NCBI GenBank assembly: GCA_965215605.1
Contig: OZ244070.1
Span: 2,368,001-2,432,000, forward strand
Source of the DNA: an uncultured Candidatus Binatia bacterium
GTDB taxonomy: Bacteria > Desulfobacterota > Binatia > UBA9968 > JAJDTQ01
Reading direction: 5' to 3'
Length of the DNA: 64,000 nucleotides
This document shows, one piece after another, positions 1 to 11,552 of the stretch. The notes beneath the pieces were generated by a model. It made no database searches. It was not told where the DNA came from and saw only the letters and a program-made list of their open reading frames with translations. The translations under genes and the position numbers were made by a program. The stretch's first letter is position 1, and each line of letters starts with the position of its first letter.

Positions 1-120
1 GGTGGTGATCCACTCGTCACTGGTGTCGACGATCTTGGCGAGGTCGTCGTTGGTGACCACCGTGGAAGGGACGGCGGAGCCCGTACCCAGTATGACGCTT
101 CGCGGTGCTGTTTGTGTCAT
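1..120 (-). CDS. fabH: 3-oxoacyl-ACP synthase III, N-terminal part (runs off window start)
   Basis: Manual translation gives [40 protein letters not shown], the typical FabH N-terminus; its ATG overlaps the fabF stop (117-120). Confidence 0.9.
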   Translation of the reverse strand, partial: MTQTAPRSVILGTGSAVPSTVVTNDDLAKIVDTSDEWITT

Positions 121-1370
121 GTAGCCTTCCCGAGCAGGATGCACGCGTTGGTGCCGCCGAATCCGAAGGAGTTGGAAAGGGCGACGCCGATGTCCGCCTG
201 CCGCGACTTGTTGGGTACGTAGTCGAGATCGCAATCGGGGTCCGGCGTCTCGTAGTTGATGGTGGGCGGGAGCACGCCGTGGTGGAGCGCCAGCACGCTG
301 TAGATCGCCTCCACCGCGCCGGCCGCGCCCAGCAGGTGGCCGGTCATGGACTTGGTGGAGCTCACCGCGAGGTCGCGGGCGTGGCCGCCGAAGACCGACT
401 TGATGGCGGCGGTCTCGTTGGCGTCGTTGTACGGCGTCGAGGTGCCGTGGGCGTTAATGTAGTCCACGTCCCCGGCCGTGACCCCGGCGTCCTTCAGGGT
501 CAAGGCCATGCAGCGGGCCGCGCCTTCGCCTTCCGGGGACGGCGAGGTGATGTGATAGGCGTCTCCGTTGGTGGCGTAGCCGATCATCTCGGCGTAGATC
601 TTGGCGCCCCGGCGGATGGCGCGTTCGCGCTCCTCCAGCACCAGCATGCCCGAGCCTTCCGACATGACGAAACCGTCCCGGTCCCTGTCGAAGGGCCGGC
701 TGGCGCCTTCCGGATCGTCGTTGCGCGTGGACAAGGCCTTCATGGCGGCGAACCCGCCCAGTCCCAGCGGCGTGGTGGCCGCCTCGGTGCCGCCGGCGAT
801 GACGGCGTCCTGTCCGCCGCCCCGGATCAGGTGGAAGGCTTCTCCCAGGGCGTTGTTGCCCGACGCGCACGCGGAAGTGGGGGTCCAGTTGACCCCTTTC
901 AGGCCGTAGCGGATGGCGATCTGGCCCGGCGCCAGGTTGGAGATGACCTTGGGGATGAAGAACGGGGAGATCCTGCGCGGACCCTGCTTCATGTACACTT
1001 CGTGGTAGTGCTCGATGGTGGCGATGCCGCAGAAGCCCACGCCCACGATGGACCCGGCCCGGAACGCATCTTCGCCCTCGACGGAGAAGCCGCTGTCCTC
1101 CACCGCCAGTTGGGCCGCGGCCAGGGCGTACTGCATGAACAGGTCCATCTTCTTGACTTCACGCGCGTCGATGAAGTCCTGGGGGTTGAAGTCGTCGACC
1201 TGGCCGCCGATGCGGCTGGAGAACGATTCGATGTCCTCGAAACCCTTGATGGGGCCGATGCCCGAGCGCCCGGCCTGGATCCCCTCCCAGTTGGCGTCCA
1301 CGCCGATGCCCAGGGGCGTCAGCATCCCCATGCCGGTAATGACCACTCTGCGTCCGTTAGCGTTTCCCAT
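117..1370 (-). CDS. fabF: 3-oxoacyl-ACP synthase II
   Basis: RRVVITGMG start, TSACASG catalytic Cys, [30 protein letters not shown]. Confidence 0.97.
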   Translation of the reverse strand: MGNANGRRVVITGMGMLTPLGIGVDANWEGIQAGRSGIGPIKGFEDIESFSSRIGGQVDDFNPQDFIDAREVKKMDLFMQYALAAAQLAVEDSGFSVEGEDAFRAGSIVGVGFCGIATIEHYHEVYMKQGPRRISPFFIPKVISNLAPGQIAIRYGLKGVNWTPTSACASGNNALGEAFHLIRGGGQDAVIAGGTEAATTPLGLGGFAAMKALSTRNDDPEGASRPFDRDRDGFVMSEGSGMLVLEERERAIRRGAKIYAEMIGYATNGDAYHITSPSPEGEGAARCMALTLKDAGVTAGDVDYINAHGTSTPYNDANETAAIKSVFGGHARDLAVSSTKSMTGHLLGAAGAVEAIYSVLALHHGVLPPTINYETPDPDCDLDYVPNKSRQADIGVALSNSFGFGGTNACILLGKAT

Positions 1371-1415
1371 GGCGTGCGTTTCGGAATGAGCTATCTCCGT
1401 TGGTTTCCAGGGGCT

Positions 1416-2456
1416 CTACCAATACTTCTCCCGGATTTGAAGCACCTCACGGATGCGCGGCGCAATGCGCCGGCCGTCGGCGTCCAGCAGCGCGGCCTGC
1501 TCGGACTGCATGCGATCCAGCACGGTAGCCACCGAGTTGCGCAGCGCGGAGAGGTCGTAGCCGCCCTCCAGCAGAAAGGCGATCCTGCCGCCGGCATGTT
1601 TGCGCGCCAGTTCCAGCAGCGCGTCGGCCATGACGCCGAAGCCCTGCTCGGTGACGGCCATGGCGGCCAGGGGGTCGTCGCGGTGCGAATCGAAGCCGGC
1701 CGACACCAGCAGCCAATCGGGCTCGTAGCGCTCGATGACCGGGACGACGACCTCCCTGAACACGGCCAGATACTCGGCGTTGCCGCAACCCGCCGGCAAC
1801 GGTACGTTGACGGTGTAGCCCTCTCCCTTGCCGCTGCCCACCTCGTCCGCGGCACCGGTCCCGGGATAGTAGGGGTACTGGTGTGTCGACAGGAAGAGCA
1901 CCGAAGGGTCGTCGTAGAAGGCGTCCTGCGAGCCGTTGCCGTGGTGCACGTCCCAGTCCACGATCGCCACCCGCCGGGCGCCGTGGACCTTCTGGAGATA
2001 CCGGGCGCCGATGGCCACCGTGTTGAACAGGCAGAATCCCATGGCCCGGTCCCTGAGCGCGTGATGCCCCGGGGGCCGCACCATGGTGAAGCCGTTGGCG
2101 TAGTCGGACGCCGCCACCCCATCGAGGACTTGCAGGAACCCCCCGACCGCCATCAGCGCCACGCCGAAGGAGTCCCGGCAGGTGATGGTGTCCCCGTCCA
2201 GCGCGAACTGGTTGCGCTCGGAGGTGGAACGGACCAGGTTGATGTAGCCCGAGCCATGGCACAGTTCCAACTCCTCCTGCACCGCCGGGCGAAGCGGCAG
2301 AAGCTCGTAGTCGTCGCCGCTGCCGGCCACCTCGCCGGCGAGGTCGAGGAGCGTCTTGAGACGTTGCGGGCTCTCGGGATGGTAAGGGCCGGGCTGGTGT
2401 TTGAGAAACACAGGGTCGGCCACGATCGCGGAACGGGGCATGTCGCGGACGAGCAT
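1416..2456 (-). CDS. Histone deacetylase family (Zn-dependent amidohydrolase) protein
   Basis: HPESPQRL, RPPGHHA, GFCLFN, DWDVHHGNG, SAGFD, LEGGY motifs. Confidence 0.93.
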   Translation of the reverse strand: MLVRDMPRSAIVADPVFLKHQPGPYHPESPQRLKTLLDLAGEVAGSGDDYELLPLRPAVQEELELCHGSGYINLVRSTSERNQFALDGDTITCRDSFGVALMAVGGFLQVLDGVAASDYANGFTMVRPPGHHALRDRAMGFCLFNTVAIGARYLQKVHGARRVAIVDWDVHHGNGSQDAFYDDPSVLFLSTHQYPYYPGTGAADEVGSGKGEGYTVNVPLPAGCGNAEYLAVFREVVVPVIERYEPDWLLVSAGFDSHRDDPLAAMAVTEQGFGVMADALLELARKHAGGRIAFLLEGGYDLSALRNSVATVLDRMQSEQAALLDADGRRIAPRIREVLQIREKYW

Positions 2457-2520
2457 ACCACCGCGGAACAGACGGAGTCAAAGTGCGGAACCGCGCCGGC
2501 GCCCGGGTACTCAACCCGCT

Positions 2521-2549
2521 TTGACTCACCCCCGCAAATGCCTTAGCCT
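2521..2549 (+). promoter_or_regulatory. Putative sigma70 promoter for tat operon
   Basis: TTGACT-17 nt-TAGCCT upstream of ATG 2567. Confidence 0.4.
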
Positions 2550-2566
2550 AGCCTTTGGGAGTCGGA

Positions 2567-2842
2567 ATGTTTGGAATCGGCATGCCGGAACTGCTGTTGA
2601 TCCTGGCGGTGGCCCTGATTGTCCTGGGGCCCAAGAAACTGCCGGAGATCGCCCGCGCCCTGGGACGGGGCTTGGCCGAATTTCGCCGAACGACCGACGA
2701 CGTGAAGCGGGAAATGCAGTCCGCGGCGGACGAGCTCGACGTCCGTCCGGACAGTGAGAAACCCGCCGATGCCGAACCGTCCGGAGAAGGCGCGCCCGCC
2801 AATTCCATATCTCCAGCGGGCGATCCCGCCAAAAAAGAGTGA
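2567..2842 (+). CDS. tatA: Twin-arginine translocase TatA/TatB family subunit
   Basis: [41 protein letters not shown]; directly upstream of tatC (could be TatB). Confidence 0.85.
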   Translation: MFGIGMPELLLILAVALIVLGPKKLPEIARALGRGLAEFRRTTDDVKREMQSAADELDVRPDSEKPADAEPSGEGAPANSISPAGDPAKKE

Positions 2843-3660
2843 ACGCGGACGACGGAGTGAGCGGGGAGGAGGGGCAGCGGCCGTCGGATGACGCCAGCAT
2901 GCCGCTGACGGCGCACCTGGAGGAGCTCCGGTCCCGGCTCATCCGGTCCTCGCTGGCCGTCATGGCGGCGTTCATCGTCTGTTACCTGACCGCGGAACGG
3001 CTTATCACCTTCATGACCGCGCCCCTGCTCCGGCTTGAGGCCTCCGGCCTCACGGTCATCGGCACCGGCGTGGCCGAGGCCTTCTTCGCGAAGCTCAAGG
3101 TGTCGTTCGTGGCCGCGGTCTTCCTGTCGTTGCCGGTGCTGCTGTGGCACGCCTGGAAGTTCGTGGCGCCGGGCCTCTACCACCACGAGCAGCGCTATGC
3201 CCGGGGCTTCGTCTTCTTCGGCACGCTGTTCTTTCTGCTGGGCGCCGGCTTCTGTTACGTGGTGATCTTCGACATCGGCTACCGCTTCTTCCTGGAGCAG
3301 TACCAGCAGCTCGACATCCGTCCGGCCATCCGTGTCAGTGAGTACCTGTCGTTCTCGGCCAAGCTGATGCTGGCCTTCGGCGTGGTCTTCGAGTTGCCGG
3401 TGGCGGGAGTCTTTCTGGCGAAGGTGGGGCTCATCGACCACCGCATGATGATCCGCCAGTTCCCCTACGCGTTTCTGGGGATGGTGGTGCTGGGCGCGGT
3501 CCTGACCCCGCCCGACGTGATCTCGCAGGTGCTGCTGGCGGCGCCGTTGACCGTGCTTTACGGCTTTACCATCGGGCTGGTCTACTTCATGCGGCGGAAG
3601 GAAGGGGAAGACGAGGAGGCGGGGGAAGACGAGGACGACGAGGAGGAGGACGGCGACTAG
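2839..3660 (+). CDS. tatC: Twin-arginine translocase TatC
   Basis: [35 protein letters not shown] motifs; acidic C-terminal tail. Confidence 0.95.
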   Translation: MNADDGVSGEEGQRPSDDASMPLTAHLEELRSRLIRSSLAVMAAFIVCYLTAERLITFMTAPLLRLEASGLTVIGTGVAEAFFAKLKVSFVAAVFLSLPVLLWHAWKFVAPGLYHHEQRYARGFVFFGTLFFLLGAGFCYVVIFDIGYRFFLEQYQQLDIRPAIRVSEYLSFSAKLMLAFGVVFELPVAGVFLAKVGLIDHRMMIRQFPYAFLGMVVLGAVLTPPDVISQVLLAAPLTVLYGFTIGLVYFMRRKEGEDEEAGEDEDDEEEDGD

Positions 3661-3692
3661 CGCTGTACGCGTGGGGCGGCCGGCCCCGTTGC

Positions 3693-4196
3693 CTATTCGA
3701 CGATGACGAGCACCTGTCCGGATTCCACCGATTCCCCGACCTTGACGCGGATATCACTGACCTCGCCGTTGCCGGGCGCCCGCACCTCGTTCTCCATCTT
3801 CATGGCTTCGACGATGACCAGGCCCTGTCCCTTGGCCACCGTGTCGCCTTCGTTCACCAGCACCGCCACCACCTTTCCCGGCATCGGGATCCTGATTTCC
3901 TGCCTGCCGGACACCTCGATGCCGGACTGCCGCCCGCCGACCCGCACCTGCCGCTCGTCGGACATGCTGATGTGGTAGGTACGGCCGTCCAGCAGCACCC
4001 GGTACTCGTCCTCGGTGGTGTCCACGTCCACCTCGAAGGACCGGTTGTCGATCAACAGCGAGTAGTTGTTGCGGCCGGTCCTCCTGCCGTCCACCATGAA
4101 TTCCTGCCCGTCCACCGACACCTTGTAGACGGATTTCTCGGTCTCGGTGATTCGCACCACGGAGGTCTGGCCGCCGAGTTTCGCGATGAAGGCCAT
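3693..4196 (-). CDS. Biotin carboxyl carrier protein of acyl-CoA carboxylase
   Basis: PMPGKVV and EAMKMENE biotinylation motif. Confidence 0.92.
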   Translation of the reverse strand: MAFIAKLGGQTSVVRITETEKSVYKVSVDGQEFMVDGRRTGRNNYSLLIDNRSFEVDVDTTEDEYRVLLDGRTYHISMSDERQVRVGGRQSGIEVSGRQEIRIPMPGKVVAVLVNEGDTVAKGQGLVIVEAMKMENEVRAPGNGEVSDIRVKVGESVESGQVLVIVE

Positions 4197-4200
4197 GAAT

Positions 4201-5739
4201 CTACCAGCCGCGCCCCGCGCCCGACCCGCCGGAGTGGCGTTGCAGCGCCTCGCGCCGGCCGGCCTCTCGCCACTCGGATTTCTCAGCCGCCCCTTTCTCC
4301 ACCATCCGCAGCGCGCGCTCCTGCTCCCGGTGGAGCGCCACGATGGCCGCGGAGGCCAGCGCGACGTGGCGGTCCGGATACACCTGCTCCATGGTCATGA
4401 AGCCGCGCTGCTCGTCCACGAAGCCGGTGTGGATGTCGGCCTCGATGAACTGGGGGTGGCGCAGCAGCCATTGGTGAAAGGGGATGTTGGTCTTGACGCC
4501 CCGGACCTGGTACTCGCGCAGGGCCCGCCTCAGGCGCCGCATGGCCTCGGCGCGGTCCTCGCCCCAGACGATGAGCTTGGCGATCATGGGGTCGTAGTGG
4601 ATGGGGATCTCCGCGCCCTCGTAGACGCCGCAGTCGTTGCGGATGCCGAAACCCTCGGGCAGCCGCAGTCCCTCGATCTTTCCCGGACACGGCATGAAGT
4701 CGGTCTCCGGGTCCTCGGCGTAGATGCGGCATTCGATGGCGTGCCCCGTGGTCCGGATCTGGCGCTGCGACCAGGGCAGGGGAGTGCCCGCGGCCACGTT
4801 CATCTGCGCCTTCACCAGGTCGATGCCCACCACCCGCTCGGTGATGGCATGCTCCACCTGCAGGCGGGTGTTCATCTCCAGGAAGTAGAAATTCTTGTGG
4901 CGGTCCACCAGGAATTCCATGGTGCCGACGCCGGTGTAGCCGAGCGCCTTCGCTCCCTGCGCCGCGGTCTTGCCCATGGCTTTCTGCATCCGGGTGTCGA
5001 TGGTCGGGGCGGGGCATTCCTCGATGATCTTCTGGTGGCGCCGCTGGATGGAGCACTCCCGGGTGAACAGGTGCAGCACCTTGCCGTAGATGTCGGCCAA
5101 TAGCTGGACCTCGATGTGGCGGCAGCGCTCCAGGTACTTCTCGACGTAGAGGCGGGAGTCGCCGAAGGACGAAGCCGCCTCGGAGCGCGCCGCGCGATAG
5201 GCCGAGCGTATCTCGTCGCTGGACTCCACCCGCCGGAGCCCCTTGCCGCCGCCGCCCGCCACGGCCTTGAGGACGCAGGGGTAGCCGATGGCGTCGGCCG
5301 TCTCCAGCACCTCCTCCTCGGAGCTGAGGATGTCTTCCGAGCCGGGAATCACCGGCAGTCCGGCTTTCTTCATTAGCGCGCGGGCGTGGACCTTGTCGCC
5401 CATCTGCTTGATGACTTCCGGGGACGGCCCCAGAAAGACGACACCCGCCTCCTCGCAGGCCCGGGCGAAGCTCGGGTTCTCGGCGAGAAAGCCGTAGCCC
5501 GGGTGGATGGCGTCGGCCCGGCTTTTCTTGGCGGCGTCGATGATCCGGTCGATGCGGAGATAGCTCTCCGTGGAGGGGGCCGGCCCCACCGGGTAGGAGT
5601 AGTCGGCGTATTTGACGTGAAGCGCCTCGCGGTCCGCCTCGGAGTAGACCGCCACGCTCTGGATGTCCAGTTCGCGGCATGCCCGTATGATGCGGACGGC
5701 GATCTCGCCGCGGTTGGCCACCAGGATCCGTTTGAACAT
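4201..5739 (-). CDS. accC: Biotin carboxylase subunit (acetyl/propionyl-CoA carboxylase alpha)
   Basis: ILVANRGEIAVRI, HPGYGFLAEN, GGGGKG, EMNTRLQVEH. Confidence 0.93.
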   Translation of the reverse strand: MFKRILVANRGEIAVRIIRACRELDIQSVAVYSEADREALHVKYADYSYPVGPAPSTESYLRIDRIIDAAKKSRADAIHPGYGFLAENPSFARACEEAGVVFLGPSPEVIKQMGDKVHARALMKKAGLPVIPGSEDILSSEEEVLETADAIGYPCVLKAVAGGGGKGLRRVESSDEIRSAYRAARSEAASSFGDSRLYVEKYLERCRHIEVQLLADIYGKVLHLFTRECSIQRRHQKIIEECPAPTIDTRMQKAMGKTAAQGAKALGYTGVGTMEFLVDRHKNFYFLEMNTRLQVEHAITERVVGIDLVKAQMNVAAGTPLPWSQRQIRTTGHAIECRIYAEDPETDFMPCPGKIEGLRLPEGFGIRNDCGVYEGAEIPIHYDPMIAKLIVWGEDRAEAMRRLRRALREYQVRGVKTNIPFHQWLLRHPQFIEADIHTGFVDEQRGFMTMEQVYPDRHVALASAAIVALHREQERALRMVEKGAAEKSEWREAGRREALQRHSGGSGAGRGW

Positions 5740-5754
5740 CTTAGGGTACTGTCC

Positions 5755-7305
<1,551 letters not shown>

Positions 7306-7549
7306 CAACGCCCCTTGCCTGTCGCCTCCCGATGGTTCATGGCCGGCCCGACGAGTCCCGCGGCGCGTTGGCCCGCCGGCCCCGTGCACGGCTCTGTCGC
7401 TTGACCCGGGAAGGTCGCCGCGGTTATCAATGTCGGTGGGTTCCAGTTCCCTGTGAGGCAACAATGAAACCCAATGGATCATAGGCGCCACGGCGCAAGA
7501 ATTCAAGGTTAGCGCCGGACCCCGTTTCTTTCCCCGAGCCATCCAAGTC

Positions 7550-8377
7550 ATGACCCGCGCACCCTCATACCCATTCTTCTCGGACCCTCCGCCCAGAATC
7601 GCGGGGCATCGTGGCGCCGCCGGAACCACGCCGGAGAACACCCTGGTTTCGTTCCGCCGGGGGCTGGAGGAAGGCGCCACCTACCTCGAGCTGGACGTCC
7701 ACGCCACCCGCGACGGCGAGATCGTCGTCATCCACGACGACACCGTCGAGCGGACCACCGACGGCGACGGCACGGTGCGGGACATGGCCCTGGCCGAGTT
7801 GAAGCGGCTGGACGCCGGCTACCGTTTCACCGCCGACGGCGGCGCCACGTATCCGTTCCGGGGCCGGGGCATCCGGGTCCCCACCCTGCGTGAGTATTTC
7901 ACTGAGTTTCCCGAGGCCAGGACGACGGTGGAGATCAAGGAACTGCCGCCGTCCGCCACCGAGACGCTGTTGGATCTCATCGAGGAATGCGGCAAGGCGG
8001 AGCAGGTGCTGGTGGCCGCCGAGGACGACGCCGTCATGGCTGCCGCGCGGGCGGCCATCCGCGGCCGCGGCCTGCGCGTCGCCACGGGGTTCTCCCTGGG
8101 CGAGATCCGCGCCTTCATGACCGCCCTCTGGACAGGACAGGAGTTGCCGCGGGAAGCGCCCGGCCAGGCGCTTCAGATCCCGCCGGCGTACCGGGGCACG
8201 GCGCTGGTCACCCCGGAGTCGGTGGCGGCCGCCCATGGCCTGGGCGTGGAGGTCCATGTCTGGACCGTCAACGAGGCCGACGAGATGAAAGACTTCCTGG
8301 CCCTCGGGGTCGACGGCATCATCACCGATTACCCCGCCCGCCTGCGGGACGTAGTCCGTCCATCCGAAACGCATTGA
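7550..8377 (+). CDS. Glycerophosphodiester phosphodiesterase
   Basis: [34 protein letters not shown]. Confidence 0.93.
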   Translation: MTRAPSYPFFSDPPPRIAGHRGAAGTTPENTLVSFRRGLEEGATYLELDVHATRDGEIVVIHDDTVERTTDGDGTVRDMALAELKRLDAGYRFTADGGATYPFRGRGIRVPTLREYFTEFPEARTTVEIKELPPSATETLLDLIEECGKAEQVLVAAEDDAVMAAARAAIRGRGLRVATGFSLGEIRAFMTALWTGQELPREAPGQALQIPPAYRGTALVTPESVAAAHGLGVEVHVWTVNEADEMKDFLALGVDGIITDYPARLRDVVRPSETH

Positions 8378-8432
8378 CGTGGATTCCGGGCCCGCCATGC
8401 AGCGACCATCCTGCGCATCTCCGTAGACCGGA

Positions 8433-9038
8433 ATGGGGGACACGACACCAGACCAGCGCATGGAGCCGCTGCTCGACGCGTTGGAGGAGCCGGACAAAGG
8501 GGTGGTCCGCCGCGCCGTGGAGGGGCTGGTGGCCATTGCCGCGGGGGAGCCGGGGGTTGCCGAGGCCCTGGACCGACGGCTGCGGGCCAACCCGCGGTGG
8601 CCCGTCGCCTATGCCTTGGGGCAGATCACGCGTCCGTCCGCGGCTTGCCTCGAAGTGCTCGTCCGAGGCCTCGGGAGCGGCGATCAGGACGTGCGCTGGG
8701 CCACGCAACTCCTCATCACCGACCGCGGCAGACGCTTTCCGGAAGTCGGATCGCGTCTGGAAGCGCTGCTGGGGGAAGGCTCGGCCACCCAACGGAGAAT
8801 GGCCGTCTACTGTCTGCGAGACATCGGAGCCGCCGCCGGTTTGCCGGCCGTGTTCCTGCAGGCCCTGCACGACCCCGAGCCGCTGGTGCGGGTGGCGGTG
8901 ATAACGAGCCTCACCAAGGCCCCGGCGGCCGGGGCGAGGGCGCTGGATGCGCTCAGAGCCGCCGCCGCGGATGATCCCGACACCCGGGTGCGGAACGCCG
9001 CGGCCTTTGCCGTCAAGCGTCTCTCCGACCCCGGCTGA
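8433..9038 (+). CDS. HEAT-repeat protein
   Basis: Repeated L..L.D.D..VR..A helical motifs (DQDVRWA, DPEPLVRVA, DPDTRVRNAA). Confidence 0.8.
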   Translation: MGDTTPDQRMEPLLDALEEPDKGVVRRAVEGLVAIAAGEPGVAEALDRRLRANPRWPVAYALGQITRPSAACLEVLVRGLGSGDQDVRWATQLLITDRGRRFPEVGSRLEALLGEGSATQRRMAVYCLRDIGAAAGLPAVFLQALHDPEPLVRVAVITSLTKAPAAGARALDALRAAAADDPDTRVRNAAAFAVKRLSDPG

Positions 9039-9058
9039 ACGAGCCCGCGCGAAAAAAA

Positions 9059-9087
9059 TTGACAAACAGACCGGCCTCCCCTAAAAT
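9059..9087 (+). promoter_or_regulatory. Near-consensus sigma70 promoter
   Basis: TTGACA (9059-9064), 17 nt spacer, TAAAAT (9082-9087); A-tract immediately upstream. Confidence 0.8.
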
Positions 9088-9119
9088 ATCCGTCAGCAGA
9101 GAAAGGAGGTGGTCAAAAT

Positions 9120-9155
9120 ATGAGTGACATATGCTGTGAGGTGACTGAGACCTAG
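9120..9155 (+). CDS. Candidate 11-aa small peptide MSDICCEVTET (or sRNA with embedded sORF)
   Basis: Strong SD GAAAGGAGGT (9101-9110), 9 nt, then ATG; stop TAG; own promoter and terminator. Confidence 0.5.
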   Translation: MSDICCEVTET

Positions 9156-9208
9156 GCTCTCGAGCCTTTTCGGAATTGAGGGTCTTGGTCAATTCCGACA
9201 GTACACCG

Positions 9209-9250
9209 AGCCTTGGCTGGCCACCGCGTCAGCCAAGGCTTTTTGTTTCT
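9209..9250 (+). terminator. Rho-independent terminator
   Basis: AGCCTTGGCTG / CAGCCAAGGCT 11-bp stem followed by TTTTGTTTCT. Confidence 0.85.
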
Positions 9251-9290
9251 TCCGTTACTGTTTCTTCCGCCATCGTTTCTTCAATCCTCG

Positions 9291-10082
9291 TCAGTACGTC
9301 CCCGCCCAGCCGATGAAGCTCGCCTGGCGGCCGGTGACGCCGGCGCCGTCCTTCGATTCCCGCCGGTAGGAGAAGAACGCTTCCGCCGTGCACGCGGTGC
9401 AGGGGCCGGTCGTGGCGATGCGGTCATCCGGCACTCCCGCGGCCGCCAATAGCGCGGCGTTCAACCGTCTCAGGTCGAGGTAGGTCTTGCCGTCGCTCTC
9501 TCGCAGGGCGGCCTCCGCCTTGTCTCCCCATGTCTCGATCAGGGGGTCCGAGACGTCGGCGCCGATCTCGTAGCAGCAAGGGCCGATGGCCGGCCCCAGG
9601 GCGCACCACAGGTCCCCTGGCGCGGTGCCGTAACCGCTCTCGATGTGCCGGACGGTCTTCATGGCCACGCCGGACAGGGTGCCGCGCCAACCCGCGTGTA
9701 TCACCGCCGCCAGCCTTCCGCGGGAAGTTCGCGCCCAGCAGACGATGGGCACGCAGTCGGCGGTCAGCACGCCGAGGTACACGCCCGGCGCGGCAGTCAC
9801 CATGGCGTCGCCTTCGCCGGCGTCCTTGGATGGCACGTCGACGTCGATGACGTTGTCGCCGTGCCGTTGTTGCATGGTGACCATCCGGGTGCCGGCCATG
9901 CCCACGGCACGCTTCATGTCGCAGTAGTTGTCCTTGACGGCCTGGGGGTCGTCGCCCACCGCGAAGGAGACGTTGAGGCCGGCAAACGCTCCCTGGCTGT
10001 TGCCGCCGCCCCGGCCCAGGAACCCGTGTCGGAGTCCGGGCTCCGTTTCCCAGCCGGGAACGCGATAAACGGTCAGGTCCAT
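9291..10082 (-). CDS. pgeF: Peptidoglycan editing factor PgeF / purine nucleoside phosphorylase YfiH family
   Basis: Q.HG, TADCVP, IHAGWRG, GPAIGPCCYE, CTAC, FFSYRR. Confidence 0.92.
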   Translation of the reverse strand: MDLTVYRVPGWETEPGLRHGFLGRGGGNSQGAFAGLNVSFAVGDDPQAVKDNYCDMKRAVGMAGTRMVTMQQRHGDNVIDVDVPSKDAGEGDAMVTAAPGVYLGVLTADCVPIVCWARTSRGRLAAVIHAGWRGTLSGVAMKTVRHIESGYGTAPGDLWCALGPAIGPCCYEIGADVSDPLIETWGDKAEAALRESDGKTYLDLRRLNAALLAAAGVPDDRIATTGPCTACTAEAFFSYRRESKDGAGVTGRQASFIGWAGTY

Positions 10083-10106
10083 GTCCTCTCCCGTGTCAGA
10101 CTCTCT

Positions 10107-10853
10107 TTAGAATCGCGACAGCAACGCGCCCAAGCCGTCCAGCCGGTCCGTTAGCCCGTTCTGCCGCAGCGCGTACCAGTAGATGGCCGTGTTGATGGCG
10201 ATGACCGGCTTGCCGAGCCGGCGTTCCGCTTCGCCCGCCAGCCGCGCCATGGCCAGGTTCGTGCCCACCTGGACCACCGCGTCCACGTCGCTGCCGTCCA
10301 CCTCGCCGATGGCGGCCTCCAGCGCGTCCGCCTGCACGTGGGCGATGAGCACCGGGCTTTCGCATTTGAGTCCCTTGAGGCGCACCACCTCGTAGCCGCA
10401 GTCGGTGAAGAACCGCACCACTTGGGCGTCGCCCACGGGCATGTACGGGGTGATCACGCCGATGCGCTTGATGCCGCCGTAGGCCTCCAGCGCCGCCTCG
10501 CAGGCATAGGAGCCCATGGCGACCCGCACCCCCGCCCGCCGCTCCACCGCTTCCAGAAGCCGCCGGCTGCCCTCGGCGCCGTCCCAGAAGGTCTCCGACG
10601 ACATGCCCATGATCAGATAGTCGGGCCGGCAGGTCATCACCCGGTCGATGGCGCTGTCCACTTCCGCGCGGATGTTCCGCATCAACTGCTCGAAGTCCGC
10701 GTCGTCGTGGATGGGATCGTCGGGAATCCAGATCCGCCCGAAGTGGTTGGTCACCCCGTGCGGCCGCATGTCGTCGAACTCGGGCTGCACCGAGGTGTTG
10801 GTGGAGGGGGCGATGACCGCGAACTTTCGCCGCCAGCCCAGGGCGTCAACCAT
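10107..10853 (-). CDS. Maleate isomerase / arylmalonate decarboxylase (Asp/Glu racemase superfamily) homolog
   Basis: IAPSTNTSVQPE, IGVITPY, GTNL, GKPVIAIN motifs. Confidence 0.8.
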   Translation of the reverse strand: MVDALGWRRKFAVIAPSTNTSVQPEFDDMRPHGVTNHFGRIWIPDDPIHDDADFEQLMRNIRAEVDSAIDRVMTCRPDYLIMGMSSETFWDGAEGSRRLLEAVERRAGVRVAMGSYACEAALEAYGGIKRIGVITPYMPVGDAQVVRFFTDCGYEVVRLKGLKCESPVLIAHVQADALEAAIGEVDGSDVDAVVQVGTNLAMARLAGEAERRLGKPVIAINTAIYWYALRQNGLTDRLDGLGALLSRF

Positions 10854-11007
10854 TCATGCTCCTCCCAATCCGCGCAGGCGGCGCCGATGGAGGGCTGCTG
10901 GACGCATGTTCATGCCGCAAGGTATAACACCACGGGTTGCGGTTTTCACGAAGGGATTCGGTCAGGGTCCCGGAACGGAAGCAGAAAGGCGCCAGGGAAG
11001 GGACCAG

Positions 11008-11496
11008 ATGGCGATACCGGAACGATACAACACGGGTTACAACGTCGGCGTCGGCGGGGCGGTGGTCCGGGACGGGCGCCTGCTCTTCGTGCGGCGCGCC
11101 TCGCGCCGCGGGCACGGCAACTGGCAGGTGCCCGGCGGCTTCGTCGAGCCGGACGAGACCATCGAGGCGGCCGTGGTCCGGGAGGTGGCGGAGGAGGCGG
11201 GCGTGGAAGCGGAGGTGGAGGGAGTGCTGGGCGTGCGCAGCCGGTACGACGAGGACTCCGGCAATAGCCTGTACGTGGTGCTCCTGCTGCGAGGCCTCAC
11301 CGCGGAGCCGACGCCGGACGGACGGGAGGTGGACCGCGCGGTTTACCTTTCGCTGGAGGAGATCCGCGAACTGGACCCGTTGCCGCAGACCAACTGGGAG
11401 GTGGCGCAGAGCGCCCTGGCGCCCGTGCCTCGGCTGCTGATGCCCAAGAGGGCGTCGAACCAGCGGGGTCAGGTCTTTACCCTGTTCATCGGCTAG
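11008..11496 (+). CDS. NUDIX hydrolase
   Basis: Nudix box GGFVEPDETIEAAVVREVAEEAGV; start ATG 11008. Confidence 0.9.
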   Translation: MAIPERYNTGYNVGVGGAVVRDGRLLFVRRASRRGHGNWQVPGGFVEPDETIEAAVVREVAEEAGVEAEVEGVLGVRSRYDEDSGNSLYVVLLLRGLTAEPTPDGREVDRAVYLSLEEIRELDPLPQTNWEVAQSALAPVPRLLMPKRASNQRGQVFTLFIG

Positions 11497-11552
11497 TGGC
11501 GGCGTGGCCGTTTGGTTGCAAGTCCGGACCCCCCATGTTACACGAAAACCCC

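Noticed and set aside
105-2546. 813-aa plus-strand ORF and similar long ORFs (5386-7404, 26107-28332, 47661-51260, 58116-61001, 62419-63990)
   Set aside because: They are antisense shadows of well-supported genes; high-GC codon bias suppresses stops on the opposite strand, and they show no motifs
9120-9250. Cys-sensing attenuator interpretation of the CC-containing sORF
   Set aside because: No same-strand gene follows the terminator; the next gene is convergent
10961-10984. GTCAGGGTCCCGGAACGGAAGCAG resembles the SRP RNA helix-8 motif
   Set aside because: Spacing deviates from CAGGTCCGGAAGGAAGCAG, and the flanks do not form the long SRP stem
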